NCBI GenBank assembly: GCA_903854195.1
Contig: CAINVO010000026.1
Span: 1 to 55,670, forward strand
Length of the DNA: 55,670 nucleotides
Direction: 5' to 3'
Source: an uncultured bacterium
GTDB lineage: Bacteria > Patescibacteriota > Minisyncoccia > Phycocordibacterales > CAINVO01
Below are positions 9,176 to 17,397 of the stretch, one piece after another (position 1 is the first letter of the stretch; each line of letters starts with the position of its first letter). The notes beneath the pieces were generated by a model that was given only the letters and a program-made list of their open reading frames with translations, did no database searches and was not told the DNA's origin. The position numbers and the translations under genes were made by a program.

Positions 9176-9742
9176 CTAAGATTTTTTGTCGGTGCTAAAT
9201 TTAGAAAGTATACCTAGAAAAAATTCGTCTCCTTCAGTTATATCTACAAAATTTTCTGGATGAAACTGTAGACCATATATTGGCAAGTTTATATGTTTTA
9301 TTGCCTCTGGTCCGTCGTCTGATTTTGCAAGCACACTAAATTCTTGAGGCATTTTATCAATAATCCATCTGTGGTTTTCATAAACCGATATTACTGGTTT
9401 ATGAAAACCAAAGTCATCAACAATATTAATACTCCTTATCCCCTTGTGTCTTGTCGTCAATTCCCTCAATGAACCACCGAAAGAATATGCTATCAATTCA
9501 GACCCAAAACAAATTCCAATAAGTGGTACCTTAGAAGAACGTATTAAATTAATTTCATCCTTAAAATCTTCATGTTGCCAGACAACAGAGGAATTACTGC
9601 TTCCCGAGAGAATAACTAAATCAAAATAATTCAAATCTGAATCTAAAATATTGTTCCACTTTTTTATAATCTCTATTCCAGGAATTAACTCCTGTAACTT
9701 ATCCAACAAGCTAGTTCCATTATCAATAAGTAGTACCTTCAT
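9176..9742 (-). CDS. class I glutamine amidotransferase, stand-alone
   Basis: LIDNG, GICFG (catalytic Cys), GLQFHPE (His-Glu). Confidence 0.9.
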   Translation of the reverse strand: MKVLLIDNGTSLLDKLQELIPGIEIIKKWNNILDSDLNYFDLVILSGSSNSSVVWQHEDFKDEINLIRSSKVPLIGICFGSELIAYSFGGSLRELTTRHKGIRSINIVDDFGFHKPVISVYENHRWIIDKMPQEFSVLAKSDDGPEAIKHINLPIYGLQFHPENFVDITEGDEFFLGILSKFSTDKKS

Positions 9743-9809
9743 TTAGAACAATTATATCATTATTATTTATATTACCCACTTGTATAATCTGCGTTTTTTA
9801 ATTCAAAAT

Positions 9810-9835
9810 TGGTGGCCCTACAGAGAGTCTAAACC
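9810..9835 (-). repeat. degenerate copy of the tRNA-Glu 3' end (att-like)
   Basis: TGGTGGCCCTACAGAGAGTC vs TGGTGACCCTACAGGGAATC at 12976: 17/20 identical, same orientation. Confidence 0.7.
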
Positions 9836-9850
9836 TTCTCGTGCTAACAC
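9835..9850 (+). repeat. 16-bp direct repeat, copy 1
   Basis: CTTCTCGTGCTAACAC, identical at 12956-12971. Confidence 0.85.
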
Positions 9851-9872
9851 TTAAGGGTTATAAAATAGCAAA

Positions 9873-10325
9873 TTACCCTCTTTGACATTTCACACAAAAA
9901 CCAAAAAATTCCAATGAGTGCTCTGAGATCGTTTTAAATTTTAACGAATATTTTAAGACCTTTTCACTCAGTTTATTAATTTCACAAATTTCAACATCCT
10001 CAATGTCACCACATTTTTTACATATCAAATGGTGATGGTGATGATCATTTAATTCAAAATAAGTTGTATCTCCTCTTAAATCAACCCTCTTAAGTATTCC
10101 TTTTTCTTCAAAAGATTTTAATGTTCTGTAAATAGTCGCTGCATCAAGCTTGGGTTTTTTAATGTGTTTGGAAATAAACTCTACATTTAGTGGAGCGTGA
10201 TACTTTGAGAAAATTTCTAGAATAGAAATACGGCCATGAGTTATCTTATACCCTCCTTCTTTGAGCAACTCTAAAAACTTCTCATTATCTATGTTATTTA
10301 CAGTATTTCCTTTAACTTTTTTCAT
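9873..10325 (-). CDS. Fur-family transcriptional regulator (Zur/PerR-like)
   Basis: KITHGRISIL, ATIYRTL, HHHHHLICKKCG, FGFCVKC. Confidence 0.92.
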   Translation of the reverse strand: MKKVKGNTVNNIDNEKFLELLKEGGYKITHGRISILEIFSKYHAPLNVEFISKHIKKPKLDAATIYRTLKSFEEKGILKRVDLRGDTTYFELNDHHHHHLICKKCGDIEDVEICEINKLSEKVLKYSLKFKTISEHSLEFFGFCVKCQRG

Positions 10326-10344
10326 GAATGAATACTACAACAAA

Positions 10345-10422
10345 TGCAACTGGTTTGCAACAACTTGACACCGCATCATGAAGGGTTTACACTGCTTTCA
10401 GAAATGCAAATAAATTGCATTT
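10345..10422 (+). promoter_or_regulatory. promoter TTGACA-17-TACACT flanked by two TGCAA-N5-TTGCA operators
   Basis: boxes at 10345-10359 and 10405-10419 (second extends to AAATGCAA-N5-TTGCATTT); -35 at 10365-10370, -10 at 10388-10393. Confidence 0.75.
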
Positions 10423-10444
10423 AGAACAAACATAAGCAACCAAT

Positions 10445-10651
10445 ATGAAAAGAACAATTATATACGACGGCGCGATGTACTGTGGAGAAGATGGATGTAG
10501 CTGCGGTTGTCCCGTAGCAGAACACTTGCCTGATGAAGGTGTGGTGGAGATCCATGACCCCAAAAAGCCTGAAAATGGCCGCACGAGGATGACTGTGACT
10601 GAGTACAACACTCTCATCAAAAATGCCAAGCCTGTGACAAGCAAGGCGTAG
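10445..10651 (+). CDS. small Cys-rich protein
   Basis: 68 aa, C-x4-C-x-C-x-C motif, directly downstream of the operator/promoter. Confidence 0.75.
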   Translation: MKRTIIYDGAMYCGEDGCSCGCPVAEHLPDEGVVEIHDPKKPENGRTRMTVTEYNTLIKNAKPVTSKA

Positions 10652-10742
10652 GCCCCTCTCCAAACATAGAGATTGTGTCGTAAAACATCAACCCCTTGTC
10701 TCAATGACCTGGGGTTGTTTTTTAAAATTAATTAATAAAAAT

Positions 10743-11579
10743 ATGAGAATTGCATTTGTTGGAAAAGGAGGAAGTGGAAAAACAACACTCTCTGCCCTAT
10801 TCGCACAACACCTATCCAAATCCAAAAAACCTGTATTAATTTTTGATGCAGATTTAAATATTCATCTACCTGAACTTATGGGTCTCAAAGACTTGATATC
10901 TCCAGATATGCACATTTCTAAACAAGAGGTGTCTACATCTATAAAAAAGTATCTGATTGGAAAAAATGAAGAAATAAAAAACTTGAGTGATCTCAAAAAA
11001 ACAACACTCCCGGGTGAAGGCTCAAACCTCATTAACATGAAAAATCTTGAAGAAAGTATCTTAAGGCCTTACTTGGCACAAGAAGACAATCTTTATCTGG
11101 CTGTGGTGGGAACATACGAGGATGAAAAAATTGGCAAAAGTTGCTATCACGGAAATCTGGTCATCTTTGAAAATATTTTAAACCACCTTATAGATAATTC
11201 TGGATATGTTGTAGCAGACATGGTTGCTGGTGTAGATGCTTTTGCCAATACTCTTCACTCTCAATTTGATGTACTCGCTCTAATTGTTGAACCTACAAAA
11301 AGAAGCATCGAGGTTTTCGAACACTACAAACATTTAGCAGAGCAAAGTAATGTTCATAGAAACCTTTTTGTTATTGCTAATAAAATAAGAAGCGAGGCTG
11401 ATAGAAAGTTTATAGACGAACACATTCCAAAAGAGCAATTTATAGGTTACTTTGAAGAATCTGAATACTTAAGAAACACAGAGCAAACATCCTCACCTTT
11501 GGATATAAATTCCTTAGAAAACGAAAATATAAACCTTCTTGAAAAAATAAAAAATACTCTGGAAAAAATTGCTGCCTAG
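10743..11579 (+). CDS. CooC/AcsF-like P-loop ATPase (MinD/ParA superfamily)
   Basis: MRIAFVGKGGSGKTT deviant Walker A, DAD, DMVAG, ANK; ATG 10743 preferred. Confidence 0.85.
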   Translation: MRIAFVGKGGSGKTTLSALFAQHLSKSKKPVLIFDADLNIHLPELMGLKDLISPDMHISKQEVSTSIKKYLIGKNEEIKNLSDLKKTTLPGEGSNLINMKNLEESILRPYLAQEDNLYLAVVGTYEDEKIGKSCYHGNLVIFENILNHLIDNSGYVVADMVAGVDAFANTLHSQFDVLALIVEPTKRSIEVFEHYKHLAEQSNVHRNLFVIANKIRSEADRKFIDEHIPKEQFIGYFEESEYLRNTEQTSSPLDINSLENENINLLEKIKNTLEKIAA

Positions 11580-12817
11580 TGACCGTGTGAATGCCCGTGA
11601 CTGTGTCCCGCATGTTCTAAGGCGTGCATTTCTTCCTTAACAATATCTTTATCTTTAGTTGAAGTACCTCCATTCTTTCCCTTCCCTTTCCTAGTTAAAA
11701 GCCAAACTGAAACCATTGTAGTAATAGGTACCGCGAGCACTAAACCAATACTTCCAATCATTGTTCGTACTATTTCTGTAGAGAATATCTCTCGGTTTAT
11801 TATCATCCACACGCTGGTTGAAGATGACTGTGAAAACAAAAGCAAAAGCGGCAACGATACACCAACATATGCAATAGCGAGTGTGTTAACTAAAGCCCCT
11901 ATATGTTCACGACCTATTCGAATAGCTCTTTGATATATTTTTGTTTTATGAACATGTGGGGCAATGCGAAGAAGTTCTTCCACAGATATTGCTTGACCGA
12001 TGGATATGTCATAAAGCACACCGAGAAGTCCGATCACGATGCCTCCTATCAACAGTCCCATGACATCTATATGCCCTTGAGCATTTAAACTAACATTTAC
12101 CACATCCTCTGAACTATACCCACTAAGTCTTGTAAAATACACAGACCAATAGGCCAGTAACCCTGTGAAGGAAACTGTCAGTATCATTCCGAGAACAGCC
12201 GATGTGGTCGTTTTATTGAAACCATGAGTAATATAAGAACCGACAACTATAATCAAAGACGACACACCGATAGTCACAAGTAATGGCGAGTATCCATGTA
12301 AAATTCCAGGCAAAAGAACATAGAGAATGAGAAGGAGGCTTCCCACCAAACTTACAATTCCACGAATTCCCTGAATGCCGCCAAAAATCAAAACCACCAA
12401 CAAAAACAAACCAACTATAATCATAACTTGGGGAAGTCTGTACGGCTCATCGACAGAATAATAATTAACACCATCAAGAGAACCGGTGGTGTGATTCAAA
12501 TAAAAAACTTCTCCAACTTTTAAATTTAAAAAGTCATTGTCTACAGTTATAACTTTATCTTTTTCATCACCCTCAAGAATTTTAACTTTTATTGTTTGAT
12601 TACTATGTGCTGTATCTGTGCCCGGAATATTTTTCATTTCGTGACTTATGATCTCTAGGACCTGAGCTTTCACTATTACCTGCTTATCAGGAACAACCTC
12701 CGTACCTTGGTCTGTAGATGATGAGTTTGTATTTTGAGCACGAACAAGACTAAATGATGAAAACATCACAATTACAAACATAATGGAAAATATGGCCAGA
12801 TTTTTTTTCATGTTCAT
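11576..12817 (-). CDS. YibE/F-family membrane protein with His-rich tail
   Basis: GVLYDISI, IGREHIGALVNTLAIAYVG, EIVRTMIGSIG; C-terminus HAGHSHGHSHGH. Confidence 0.9.
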   Translation of the reverse strand: MNMKKNLAIFSIMFVIVMFSSFSLVRAQNTNSSSTDQGTEVVPDKQVIVKAQVLEIISHEMKNIPGTDTAHSNQTIKVKILEGDEKDKVITVDNDFLNLKVGEVFYLNHTTGSLDGVNYYSVDEPYRLPQVMIIVGLFLLVVLIFGGIQGIRGIVSLVGSLLLILYVLLPGILHGYSPLLVTIGVSSLIIVVGSYITHGFNKTTTSAVLGMILTVSFTGLLAYWSVYFTRLSGYSSEDVVNVSLNAQGHIDVMGLLIGGIVIGLLGVLYDISIGQAISVEELLRIAPHVHKTKIYQRAIRIGREHIGALVNTLAIAYVGVSLPLLLLFSQSSSTSVWMIINREIFSTEIVRTMIGSIGLVLAVPITTMVSVWLLTRKGKGKNGGTSTKDKDIVKEEMHALEHAGHSHGHSHGH

Positions 12818-12955
12818 ATATTTTAGCTTTTGAGGCGCAGTTTGTATACCATCAGTGAACTTATTGCAAATCAAAAAAACAAATCCCCTTTCTTGCAGGT
12901 TCGACTCCTTGAAGGGTACACGATTTTTATTTTTTAAAAACGTTTAAAAATAAGG

Positions 12956-12971
12956 CTTCTCGTGCTAACAC
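12956..12971 (+). repeat. 16-bp direct repeat, copy 2
   Basis: identical to 9835-9850, 4 nt from the tRNA 3' end. Confidence 0.85.
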
Positions 12972-12975
12972 GTGA

Positions 12976-13050
12976 TGGTGACCCTACAGGGAATCGAACC
13001 CTGATTTAAGCCTTGAGAAGGCTCCGTCCTAACCGTTAGACGATAGGGCC
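12976..13050 (-). tRNA. tRNA-Glu(CTC)
   Basis: cloverleaf GGCCCTA..TAGGGTC acceptor, anticodon arm GAGCC-TTCTCAA-GGCTT, T arm CAGGG-TTCGATT-CCCTG, encoded CCA. Confidence 0.96.
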
Positions 13051-13345
13051 ATAAGTCTGTTGTGGTTTTTAAACCATTAAAACTGATAGCGTACGCATTT
13101 TTACATATTTTGGCCAAAAAATAAAGGGTAGAAAATTTTGTGAGGACAATTTGAGAATGGCGACCTGCGATTGTATAGGTCAACACAACCTCACCGACCG
13201 CCAATATTTTGTTTGACTTTTATCTCCCCGAGAGTAGTATCATGCTCAGTTCTGCACTAGGGATCCGTCCCGAAATGTAGAGTTCACTAAACGAAACGTG
13301 CTGATGTGAAAACAAAAGCACACAACAAAAAAGGAAAAAGAGAAA

Positions 13346-13972
13346 ATGGACACGTCCAAAATATCTCAATTAGATACAATCGAAGCAACGATCAGACCCC
13401 ACCTGAAAAAACTGCCCTTCATGAGGCTCGGTGAGCATCTCAATGAATTTGAAAGACCTTTCATGGGTCACAACTATCATTTCAGGTACTACAAGGTAAA
13501 AGGAACTCTGGGTCAGTCAATCGAAGACAAGGTGCGCCCGATACTGGTAACAGAAAAGTTCCACCTGAATTCTGAAGGTAATGTAGACAAGGTGGACATG
13601 ATTTACATGATACTCGAACGAGCATCATGTGGGGGCATTCACTGTGATTGGTTATTCCATTGTGCCACGTTCGAGATTGAGTACACGGGAACACTAAAAA
13701 ACCTTTACTATTTTCAATCCACCGGATCAGAAATAGTTTGGGGCAACTCAGTTAATGATCGAGAAGAAATCCTCAACCGGCTAAACTTGCCAGCAGACTG
13801 GTATGAAAAGGTCCTCGCCGGAGTGATCAAATGGATCAAAGATTCATCAAAGGACAGGTTGAAGATTGTTCAGGAGCTCGGAGAACTTGAAGAGGTTCTT
13901 GAAAAGCTAGCCCTAGAAGAGAACTCTCCTGAAAAAAATCCTGCGCAGCAAACTACGTGGTCAGCTGTATAA
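13346..13972 (+). CDS. hypothetical protein
   Basis: 208 aa; purine-rich RBS, promoter at 13213-13240, terminator at 13993-14029. Confidence 0.8.
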   Translation: MDTSKISQLDTIEATIRPHLKKLPFMRLGEHLNEFERPFMGHNYHFRYYKVKGTLGQSIEDKVRPILVTEKFHLNSEGNVDKVDMIYMILERASCGGIHCDWLFHCATFEIEYTGTLKNLYYFQSTGSEIVWGNSVNDREEILNRLNLPADWYEKVLAGVIKWIKDSSKDRLKIVQELGELEEVLEKLALEENSPEKNPAQQTTWSAV

Positions 13973-13992
13973 ATAAAGTTTCAAACATTATC

Positions 13993-14029
13993 GCCCCTGC
14001 CGGAACCATCCGGCGGGGGCATTATTTTT
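13993..14029 (+). terminator. GC-rich terminator hairpin
   Basis: CCCCTGCCGGA-ACCA-TCCGGCGGGGG. Confidence 0.75.
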
Positions 14030-14097
14030 AGCTATTTTTTTATAATCATAACAACCCCATTAAATCACTATCATTTACCACCTAAGTGTTGAGTGCA

Positions 14098-14176
14098 AGA
14101 AAAGTGCAGACATACCTTTTGAACGTGTTAGCGAGTCCTCGAGTGCTTAGAGAAAAAGGTATGTCTGCACTTTTCT
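14098..14176. repeat. 79-bp element with 23-bp perfect inverted repeats
   Basis: AGAAAAGTGCAGACATACCTTTT (14098-14120) and its exact reverse complement (14154-14176), 33-nt spacer. Confidence 0.9.
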
Positions 14177-14181
14177 ATACA

Positions 14182-15951
14182 CTAGCGGTCAGGCGGCAAC
14201 TGATAATAATTTATCAAAAACTTTGTCATCGCCAAAAATGGATTTACCAAGGTTTCTGAAGAATATTTAACACCCTTTGGATAAATAGTGTATAGCAAGA
14301 CAATGAACTTTGGATTGTATGCTGGCAAATAACCTACAAATGAGTGCAAATATCTATCAGGATAATATCCACCTGTTGGATCAGGTATCTGAGCAGTACC
14401 AGTCTTTGCGGCAACACTATAGTTTGGATTTTTAGCTTTGCCTCCTGCCATCACCTTATCAACATCATCTACGAGCATAGCTGTCACAGCCTCAGCCGTG
14501 CTTTGTTTCATGACGGTTGGTCCTGGTGGATAGCTTAAAGTTTTCGTAACCCCAATCTTGTAATTAATAGCTGTTGCCACGTGAGGCGTCACGAGATAAC
14601 CACCGTTGGCAATGGATGCGAGAGCCCTAATGGTTGCAATTGGAGTCATAGAAATACCTTGTCCAAATGCTGCTGTTGCATGTTCAATATCACGTGGACT
14701 ATTTAGCATGTTACTAATCAAATCAGTTGCCTCATTTGGTAAATCAACACTAGTTTTCGTACCAAAATATTTATTAAAATAATCTCCAAAAACTTTATTA
14801 CCAATTTTTTGTTCAACATAAACAAACCCCACGTTTAAAGATTGACCCATGGCATACTGCAGAGTAATTTGTCCTCTACCCTTTTTATCAAAGTTGTAAA
14901 TGGTCTTTCCATTTAGAGTAACTGATGCTGTGTCATTATATGTAGTCTTAGCATTCACCACACCCACATCGATACCTGTTGCCATTGTTAGAGGTTTAAT
15001 AATCGAACCCATTTCATGTACATGCTCTACAAGATCATTTGAGAAAATAGCAGAATTCTTTTGATCAGAAAGATTATTTGGATCAAAAGTTGGATAATAT
15101 GCCATAGCATAAATCTCTCCAGTCTTTGGATCCATAATAATACCCCCACTCGCCTCTGAGCTGTATTGTTTTGTAACCTTTTCCAAAACGTCTTCAAGAT
15201 ATGACTGTGTGGTTGGTTCAATACTTGTCACGACATCACCTTCGATTGAACTTTGATCAGACACCACTTTGTGAATACCTGAAAAAATTTCCGCAAAAAA
15301 GTTTACATACAAATTATCACTACTCCTATCTAGGGTAGAGTCATAGAAACTTTCAAGACCATATCTTCCCGCATAATCATTTCCTTTATATCCTAAAAAT
15401 CCAAGTGCATGAGCGGCGGTAGAGTTACCCGGATAATATCTCCATTTATCTTGATATAGACCAACTCCAGGAAGCTTAAGAGCACTAATAGCATTGCCCT
15501 GATCCTCACTGATATGCTTCCCTATTTCTTCGTATGTGTCATTGGGTTTTGTAGCTCTAGCTATGAAAGTATTTTTATCAATTAAAGTAGAAAAACTCTC
15601 CTCAGTACTAGTTCCGGGAGCATTTATGATATTAAATATTTGAGTATAAACATATTCAGAATTGCCTTTTGGACTACTAGAAGCGGCCAATAACACCTTT
15701 GGATTAACAGTCAAAATGAAACCAGATTTTAGAGTAGCCGCTGATATTAGCCCTCCACTTTTATCCTTAAAAAAAATAGAGCCACGATCAAAAACGCCTT
15801 GTGATGGTTGAACGTACTGTCTGTCCGCTTTTTGAGAATATGCACTTCCGTTTATAATTTGCAAATCATAAAGTTTTGCAATTAAAACAAAAGCAGCTAA
15901 CAATACAAAAAGTGAAATTATTCTTATACGTATAATAAAATCTTTCTTCAT
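14182..15951 (-). CDS. ftsI: class B penicillin-binding protein (FtsI/PBP3-like)
   Basis: N-terminal TM, SIIK, SLN, KTGT; last gene of mraZ-rsmH-ftsL. Confidence 0.9.
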   Translation of the reverse strand: MKKDFIIRIRIISLFVLLAAFVLIAKLYDLQIINGSAYSQKADRQYVQPSQGVFDRGSIFFKDKSGGLISAATLKSGFILTVNPKVLLAASSSPKGNSEYVYTQIFNIINAPGTSTEESFSTLIDKNTFIARATKPNDTYEEIGKHISEDQGNAISALKLPGVGLYQDKWRYYPGNSTAAHALGFLGYKGNDYAGRYGLESFYDSTLDRSSDNLYVNFFAEIFSGIHKVVSDQSSIEGDVVTSIEPTTQSYLEDVLEKVTKQYSSEASGGIIMDPKTGEIYAMAYYPTFDPNNLSDQKNSAIFSNDLVEHVHEMGSIIKPLTMATGIDVGVVNAKTTYNDTASVTLNGKTIYNFDKKGRGQITLQYAMGQSLNVGFVYVEQKIGNKVFGDYFNKYFGTKTSVDLPNEATDLISNMLNSPRDIEHATAAFGQGISMTPIATIRALASIANGGYLVTPHVATAINYKIGVTKTLSYPPGPTVMKQSTAEAVTAMLVDDVDKVMAGGKAKNPNYSVAAKTGTAQIPDPTGGYYPDRYLHSFVGYLPAYNPKFIVLLYTIYPKGVKYSSETLVNPFLAMTKFLINYYQLPPDR

Positions 15952-16038
15952 GGTTTTACATCAGCATTAAAAAATAACTACACATGATGTTTCATTAAAT
16001 ATACCACGAGAAATGCATCAAAAGAAAATTTTAAATTC

Positions 16039-16371
16039 TTAATTTAAATTTTGAGCTGTAGCGACCTGTCCTAAAGTTGTTCTTGTGATGAATGATGGAT
16101 CAGTAACATCTTTGAAACCTTTTGCATATGCCATTTCAATTGTGATGTTGTTTGTTGCTGTCATATATTTAAATTCCAAATCACCTATCTTTGAGTTTAA
16201 GTCAGTAATTTTATTTTCTGACTGCTGTCTAGATACAACATTAAAAACTGTTTGCCTCACCAAAACACCATACAAGGCCAAAAGAACTATAAAAACAGCA
16301 AAGAGTGCCCATACAACTGATGACATATTTACTTTAACTTGTGCTATTTGTAATGTGGCTGTTTGATTCAT
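16039..16371 (-). CDS. FtsL-like cell division protein
   Basis: single TM + coiled coil, AYAKGF, located between rsmH and ftsI. Confidence 0.65.
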   Translation of the reverse strand: MNQTATLQIAQVKVNMSSVVWALFAVFIVLLALYGVLVRQTVFNVVSRQQSENKITDLNSKIGDLEFKYMTATNNITIEMAYAKGFKDVTDPSFITRTTLGQVATAQNLN

Positions 16372-16410
16372 GGCTTTTATATTATTTTGATAATGTTTTG
16401 TTAATTTTTG

Positions 16411-17397
16411 CTATCCGTTTCTTTGAAAAATTCTAAGTTTTGAACTTCGTGACCTTGGGTTTTCTAAAACTTCTTTTCGAGTTGGAACAATTGGTTTTTT
16501 ATTTAAAAGTTTACCTTTGTCCTCTGTTACCCATTTTTTAAAATATTGTTTGACTATGCGATCCTCTAGGCTATGAAATGAAATGACTGCGAGACGTCCA
16601 TTTGGTGCTAGCTTGTCAACAATTGCGTCTAGTGCCTCCTGAAGAGCTCTAAGCTCGTCATTGACTGCAATACGTAGTGCTTGAAAGGTTTTTGTAGCTG
16701 GATTACTTTTTCCGAATGCATACCATCTTGGCACTCCTTGTTTTATTATTTCCACCAGTTGATCAGTTGTGTCGATTGGCATTATCTTGCGAGCCTCAAC
16801 AATGGCCTTTGCAATACGTCTTGCAAATGTTTCTTCACCATAGGCATAGATAACATCTGCAATATTTTCTTCCTCCCAATCATTAACTATGTCCCTTGCT
16901 GTGAACTTTGATGAATCTTCACTGGATTTTGATGATTTATTATCAGTTGCTGAATTTTCATCACCTTTTCCAAAAGTCATAACTAGTGGCTCATTAAAAC
17001 GAAAACTGAATCCTCTACCAGAACCGTCGAGTTGAAATGAACTTAATCCCAAATCCATCAAGACTTTATCAACCTGCTTAATATCATGTTGATCAAGAAC
17101 TTCTCCAACATGACGAAAATTTGATTGATAAATTTGCAGAGTCGACTGAGAGTCTGTTTTTTCATGATCTTTTTCATGACCTGAAATATATTGTTCAAGT
17201 CTCTTGGAAACTCGCTCTATAGCCTCTGGGTCTGCATCAAGTCCAATGACTTTTATACCAGATGCTCTTTTAAGCAATTCCTCGGTATGACCACCACCAC
17301 CAAGCGTACAATCAACGACGACTTCGCCTGACTTTGGATCCAAACCTTCAAGTACTTCTTGTAAAAGAACTGATACGTGCATATTTTTATATGACAC
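16411..17397 (-). CDS. rsmH: 16S rRNA m4C1402 methyltransferase
   Basis: HVSVLL, DCTLGGGGH, DLGLSSFQLD, TFQALRIAVNDEL, SFHSLEDRIVK. Confidence 0.97.
   Translation of the reverse strand: MSYKNMHVSVLLQEVLEGLDPKSGEVVVDCTLGGGGHTEELLKRASGIKVIGLDADPEAIERVSKRLEQYISGHEKDHEKTDSQSTLQIYQSNFRHVGEVLDQHDIKQVDKVLMDLGLSSFQLDGSGRGFSFRFNEPLVMTFGKGDENSATDNKSSKSSEDSSKFTARDIVNDWEEENIADVIYAYGEETFARRIAKAIVEARKIMPIDTTDQLVEIIKQGVPRWYAFGKSNPATKTFQALRIAVNDELRALQEALDAIVDKLAPNGRLAVISFHSLEDRIVKQYFKKWVTEDKGKLLNKKPIVPTRKEVLENPRSRSSKLRIFQRNG

Larger units (their letters stand above)
9810..12975. mobile_element. putative tRNA-Glu-anchored islet carrying a metal-homeostasis module
   Basis: bounded by the tRNA and its 3' duplicate plus a 16-bp direct repeat; no integrase inside. 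Confidence 0.55.

Noticed and set aside
13290-13315. CGAAAC...CTGATGTGAAA resembles a hammerhead core
   Set aside because: CUGAUGA not intact; stems II and III not in the required order
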